In this document: positions 59,622 to 64,000 of the stretch, in pieces
Position numbering within the stretch: the first letter of the stretch is position 1
How the letters are laid out: the number at the start of each line of letters is the position of its first letter
Assembly (NCBI GenBank): GCA_963767925.1
Contig: CAVYGB010000008.1
Coordinates: forward strand, 1,504,001 to 1,568,000
DNA from: an uncultured delta proteobacterium
GTDB lineage: Bacteria; Myxococcota_A; Polyangia; Fen-1088
Direction of reading: 5' to 3'
DNA length: 64,000 nucleotides
Notes under the pieces: generated by a model
Databases searched by the model: none
The model's input: the letters and a program-made list of their open reading frames with translations, nothing else
What the model was told of the DNA's origin: nothing
Made by a program: the position numbers and the translations under genes

Positions 59622-60999
59622 TAAGCCGACGGACGACGGTCTCGACCCCCGCTACCGCGAGGTGTGGAGGCCGGCGGCACCGCCGACGGGCTTCGTCGAT
59701 CGCGTGCTCGCGCTGACGGACGCCGAGGGGAGCGTGGCGGCGCGCAAGCGGCGATCGCTGTTCGGGCGCGGCGCCATCGCGATGGCGGTGCTGGCGGCGG
59801 CCGCCGCTCTGGTCATCGGCTATCGGCCGCGCGCGCGCGAGGGGGAGCATTTGGCGACGACCGCCCGCCTCTCGGTCCCGATCACCGAGCAAGCGGCGGC
59901 CGTGCTCGAGCCGCGCGCGCACCTGCGCTGGCGGTCGGCCGACGGTCGCGTGACCGTCGAGCAGGACGCCGGCGAGGTCTTTTATCGCGTCGACCGCGGC
60001 GTGGCCTTCGAGGTGAAGACGGCGGCGGGGTCGGTGCTGGTGAAGGGAACCTGTTTCAAAGTGGAGGTGAACGCGATGAGCCCGATTACTCACACTCTCA
60101 TCGGCGTCGTGTCGGGCATCGCGATCACCGCGTTGGCGGTGACGGTGTATGAAGGGATGGTCGAGGTGCACAACGAGCGCGGCGAGACCCGCCTCGGCCC
60201 GGGCGACCGCGGCGTGGCCGAGCCGGGCCAGGCCCCGACCGTGGCCCGGCCTGCGGGCGCCGCGCGGGCGAGCAACGTCCTCCGCCTGAGCGACGCGACT
60301 CTGGCGGCGCTCGGCGCGGACACGCGCGCCACCATCGCGGCCCTCGAGCAGAAGGCGGCGGCCCTCTCGTCCGAGCTGGCGGAGGCGCGGCGCCTGGTGC
60401 TGGAGGGGCCGCCCGACGAGGACGGCATCCCCAAGAAGAAGATTCACGACTTCACGCCCGAGGAGCTGGCCGTTCTCGCCCGTCGCTGCGAGATCCGCTA
60501 CGACGTGCCCAAGTTCCTCAGCAACGGCCGGATCGAGCTCAGAGGCCTTGGCGAGGCCAGCAACGGCATCAGCGAGGCGCAGGTGGCGCAGCTCAATCAG
60601 CACCTGCGGGAGTTCGCGCCCGACAACCTGGACCGCCTGCGCGCACTCTACCGGGAAGGGACAGGCGATCACGTCGGCGCCGCGACGCTGGCTCCGAAGG
60701 TCATGACGCAGGCCCTCTTCAAGCGCTACCCGCACGAGCTCGACCGCGCCCAGCAGCGTCTGTCGCTGGAGCGCGCTGGGCAGCCGGCGCCGCCGCCTGA
60801 TCCCGGCGGACCGAGCGTGGTCGAACGGCTGCTGCGATTGATCTTCGCCGCCGGCGACGAGTTGGAGCGACGGGGCGCGCAGGTGCTCGGCGCCGAGCGC
60901 ACCCACGAGCTGCGCCGCACGGGCGCAGGCTACGAGCCCGGCCTCATCCAGTATGGCTGCCCGAATGGTTCGACCTCGCGAATACTCGGCGCAGAGTAG
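59614..60999 (+). CDS. FecR-domain anti-sigma factor
   Basis: Overlaps sigma; PPTGFVDRV, TM, GEVFYRV..FEVKTAAG.V.VKGTCFKV, VYEG.VEV, LGPGD. Confidence 0.85.
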   Translation: MADKPTDDGLDPRYREVWRPAAPPTGFVDRVLALTDAEGSVAARKRRSLFGRGAIAMAVLAAAAALVIGYRPRAREGEHLATTARLSVPITEQAAAVLEPRAHLRWRSADGRVTVEQDAGEVFYRVDRGVAFEVKTAAGSVLVKGTCFKVEVNAMSPITHTLIGVVSGIAITALAVTVYEGMVEVHNERGETRLGPGDRGVAEPGQAPTVARPAGAARASNVLRLSDATLAALGADTRATIAALEQKAAALSSELAEARRLVLEGPPDEDGIPKKKIHDFTPEELAVLARRCEIRYDVPKFLSNGRIELRGLGEASNGISEAQVAQLNQHLREFAPDNLDRLRALYREGTGDHVGAATLAPKVMTQALFKRYPHELDRAQQRLSLERAGQPAPPPDPGGPSVVERLLRLIFAAGDELERRGAQVLGAERTHELRRTGAGYEPGLIQYGCPNGSTSRILGAE

Positions 61000-61236
61000 A
61001 CGACGAGCGATCCTCCTGCCGCGCGGCAGCCGGCCCGGCGATGGTAGTACCAGGCGCAGCGCCACGCCATGGCCGCGAGCAGCAGCAGCCAGAGGACGTA
61101 GATGCCGAGGAGGCCGGTCTTGTGGCGCACGATCGCGGCGGCGAGGCCGAGGGCGTAGAAGGGACGAGGTGGAACAAGAAGGGGACGCGGCCGAAGATCG
61201 GAGCGTGGGCGAACACACTAGCCAGTCTCCCAACCG

Positions 61237-61284
61237 GACATTTCAACTTTGCTCAGAAGCAGACATTTCAACTTTGCCGTGACA
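61237..61284 (+). mobile_element. Well-preserved IS1202-type right end
   Basis: GACATTTCAACTTTGC twice (61237-52, 61262-77) followed by CGTGACA. Confidence 0.82.
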
Positions 61285-61362
61285 GTCACGGAGGCTCGCC
61301 TGCCTCGCCTTCACTTCGTCCCGTCCAGCGCCACGGTCCCCGGGGGGCGCCCCTGCCTGGCT

Positions 61363-62190
61363 TCACATCGGTCGAGTCGAGTCCGGCGTCTCCGCCGGAC
61401 TGACCAGGCGGCGTGCGGCGGCGGCGGTGGCAGGGTCGGCTGGGAAGAAGCACTCGATGCGCAGCTCCTGGACGGTGACGTCCTGGGCGGTGCCCAGGGT
61501 GGTGATGGCAGAGAAGTAGTCGAAGCGCTGGTCGCCATGAGCAAAGCGCATGGGGATCACCGGCAGCTGAGGGGTGGTGGGCGGCGCGATCGCCAGGCCA
61601 GCGGGGACGCCCGGGTAGGCCAGCACCTCGGCCAGCAGCGCCCGGGTGTCGGCGTCGGGGCGGCCGCCCAGCGCCTCGCGCTGGGTGCGCACCAGCAGGG
61701 TGCGCGCGACGTCCTCCCAGTTGGTGAGGAAGGGACGCAGGCCGTCGGGGTCGAAGATCAGGCGCAGCACGTTGGCCGGGCCGGCGGCGCGCGGGCCGAG
61801 CAGCAGGCCGAAGAAGCGGGCGGCGGCGCGGTTGGTCTGCAGAAGGTCCCAGCGGTGGTTCATCACCACCGCCGGGAAGGGCTCCTGCTGGGCCAGGATG
61901 GCCTCCAGCGCCCCGCGGACCGCTGCCAGGACGGGGGCGTCCAGGGGCGACTCCGGGTAGACCGGGGCGAACCCACCCGCCAGAAGCAAGGCGTTGCGCT
62001 CGCGCAGGGGCACGTCGAGCGCTCCTGCCAGACGCAGCACCATCTCGCGGCTGGGCTGGGCCCGCCCGGTCTCCACGAAGCTGAGGTGGCGGGGGGAGAT
62101 CTCCGCCTCGGTGGCCAGCGCTAGCTGGCTGAGCTGCCGGGTCCGCCGCCATTGCTGGAGAAGGACCCCCACCCCGCTCGCGGTCTGCAT
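61363..62190 (-). CDS. XRE-family HTH regulator with MmyB-like ligand-binding domain
   Basis: WRRTRQLSQLALA, ISPRHLSFVETGRAQPSREM, ERNALLLAGG, ELRIECFFPAD. Confidence 0.93.
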   Translation of the reverse strand: MQTASGVGVLLQQWRRTRQLSQLALATEAEISPRHLSFVETGRAQPSREMVLRLAGALDVPLRERNALLLAGGFAPVYPESPLDAPVLAAVRGALEAILAQQEPFPAVVMNHRWDLLQTNRAAARFFGLLLGPRAAGPANVLRLIFDPDGLRPFLTNWEDVARTLLVRTQREALGGRPDADTRALLAEVLAYPGVPAGLAIAPPTTPQLPVIPMRFAHGDQRFDYFSAITTLGTAQDVTVQELRIECFFPADPATAAAARRLVSPAETPDSTRPM

Positions 62191-62203
62191 GCCGTTGTTT
62201 CTA

Positions 62204-62752
62204 TCAGGCCGCCCAGGCCTGAGCCTGGAAGGGCGCCTCCAGGTCGGGGTGGGTGATGTTGCCGGCGTAGTTGGCCATCACCGACACCGCCAGCCCGGCG
62301 ATCACCTCCAGCACCTGGTCCGCGCCGAACCCGGCCGCCATGAAGCGCTCGAGCTCGCACGCGTTGACGTGCCCGCGCGCCTCGGCCAGGGCCCGGGTCA
62401 GCGCAGACAGGGCAGCCAGCCGCGGCACCGCCGGCAGCCGGCGCTCACGGATGGCGCGCACGTCATCGGCCGCCACCCCCTCCCTCAGCGCGGCGGTGGA
62501 GTGAAAGGCCACCGCCCACGGGCAGCGGTTGCCCACGGCGTTGCTGAGCAGCAGCACCTGCCGCTCGGCGCCGGTGAAGCTGCCTTGCGCGAAGCGCCCG
62601 AACACGCCCACGAAGCCGTTGATCAGCGTGGGCGAGGTGGCCATGGTGGCCGCCAGGTTGGGCACAAGGCCCAGCGCCTGCTGCAACCCCTGCAGCGCAG
62701 GGCGCGACGCCTCCGGGGCAGTTTCGAGTGAGTGGATGGGATAGATGCTCAT
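62204..62752 (-). CDS. Carboxymuconolactone decarboxylase/AhpD family protein
   Basis: GLVPNL, NRCPWAVAFH, VLEVI, NY; second Cys of CxxC replaced by Ala. Confidence 0.88.
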   Translation of the reverse strand: MSIYPIHSLETAPEASRPALQGLQQALGLVPNLAATMATSPTLINGFVGVFGRFAQGSFTGAERQVLLLSNAVGNRCPWAVAFHSTAALREGVAADDVRAIRERRLPAVPRLAALSALTRALAEARGHVNACELERFMAAGFGADQVLEVIAGLAVSVMANYAGNITHPDLEAPFQAQAWAA

Positions 62753-62936
62753 GGTTCGATCCTCCATGCCTCCCGTGGTACCGCCCCGCCGGCTGCGTCT
62801 CAATTCCCTGCGAGGTAATGGCGGGCGGTTTCACCCGCTACTGTTCGCCCTCGCCCCCCGTCTGCGGGGCCGCCTTCGGCCCGTCGGAACAGCCGACGAC
62901 GTTGAGAGCCAGCTCACGCTGGAACGGAGAGTCGGT

Positions 62937-63824
62937 CTGAGTCGATCGATCTTCGTGTTCGTGTTGGTGACCGCCGGCGTCCCCGGCTGCGCGTCGCTGC
63001 GGCGGGCGCCGATGGCCGCCGGGCCGGACCTGCTCTACGAGGTCACGCTGCTCGAGGACGGCGCCGCTGGCATCACCGGCGAGATCAGCATGCAGGTGAA
63101 AGGGGCGGCGGAGGGGGTTACGACCTTCACGCTGGCCGAGGGCCGCGACCACGGGGACGTGGAGCGCAACTTCGCCGGGCTGGTTGCCAGTACCCCCGAC
63201 GGACAGGCCCTGGCTGTTGCCCGGCGGCCCGGCCGCCCCCAGTGGGTGGTACAGCACCGGCCGGGCCAGCGCCTGTCCCTGCATTGGCGGCAGACCCAAG
63301 CGCTGCCCAGGTGCGAGGACCGGGCCGGGCGACACTTCCGGGTGGCGGCTGCCAGCGGCCTCCCCTATCCCTATCCCCCACACCTCGGTGAGGAGGCCCA
63401 GCGTATCGGCTTTCGCTGGCGTGGGTTCGCCGAAACGGCGGGCTGGGCGACCGCCTCGTCTTTCGGGCTGGAACGAGACGTGACGTTCGCAGCCACCCGC
63501 TGGCAGTTCCTGCACACGCACTCTCTGGCCGCGCCGCACATGACGTTCACTCGGCGGCAACTGGACCCCGACCGCGCCCTGGTGCTGGCGGTCGTCGGTC
63601 AGCAATGGAAATTCTCTCGCGACGCCCTGGCTGACGACGCGATTCGCATCGTGCGCGGGGTGCGGGCGCTTTTCGCCCACCCTGGCCCGCCCCTCCCGGG
63701 GAGCGGGCGCGGTAGTCTGGGCGTGTGTCGCTCCACACGAAGATCATCGGACGCCAGAGCGGGATCTGCCTCTACGGCCTGGCGCCGCCCAAGCGGGCCA
63801 CGGCCGCCGCCGAGATGGAGGTAA
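62937..63824 (+). pseudogene. Probable truncated M61-like peptidase/lipoprotein
   Basis: Lipoprotein-like N-terminus, W..ASSFG segment; no HExxH before the frame runs into the next gene. Confidence 0.4.
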
Positions 63825-64000
63825 TCGCCGCCCAGCAGGAGGCGAGGCTGGGGTCGCTGGGATTGGATGGTCTCATCATCTACGAGCTCCAGGACGAGGC
63901 CGAGCGAACCTCGGAGCCCCGCCCTTTCCCGTTCCTCCCTACCGTCGATCCGCTCGCGTATGCGCATCAGCACCTCGGGCGCCTGGCGGTGCCCAAGATT
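63725..64000 (+). CDS. Methylenetetrahydrofolate-reductase-like protein (3' truncated by window)
   Basis: GICLYGLAPPK..LDGLIIYELQDEAERTSEPRPFPFLPTVDP; not in the ORF track because it has no stop in the window. Confidence 0.7.
   Translation, partial: MSLHTKIIGRQSGICLYGLAPPKRATAAAEMEVIAAQQEARLGSLGLDGLIIYELQDEAERTSEPRPFPFLPTVDPLAYAHQHLGRLAVPKI

Noticed and set aside
60930..61230. Small membrane ORF (60930-61130, minus strand)
   Set aside because: Overlaps the anti-sigma 3' end, has no clear RBS and looks like a fragment; not enough support to call.
61237..61277. Two 16-bp direct repeats as a mini-CRISPR
   Set aside because: Only 9 bp between them, two copies, no cas genes; they fit subterminal transposase-binding repeats ending in TGACA.

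Overview
Very GC-rich bacterial chromosome segment that looks myxobacterial (Myxococcota-like: Cys-rich and vWA lipoproteins, Ser/Thr kinase, ECF/FecR pair, futalosine genes). Bases 1-51.4 kb are mostly core or lineage-typical genes: ECF sigma, a DUF3857/transglutaminase gene pair, gpsA, heme o synthase, trpEGDCF, yciO, rlmE-mutL-miaA-accA-thyX, a PBP7-like peptidase, mqnD/mqnB, a kinase-lipoprotein-porin-cupredoxin operon, a GldAFG-like ABC system, and CheR plus a hybrid kinase. Several core genes carry 1-2 nt indels, most likely long-read errors. From about 51.4 kb the region is accessory and decayed, and it surrounds a XerCD dif-like site (54595-54622). An IS1202-family (ISNCY) element begins 6 bp from the XerC arm. 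There is one left end, two right ends (56114, 61284), three transposase pieces and cargo genes (ADOP permease, ECF sigma plus FecR anti-sigma), which together suggest a dif-anchored, stacked cargo island. No rRNA, tRNA or CRISPR array was recognised. All calls come from reading motifs by eye; no database searches were run.
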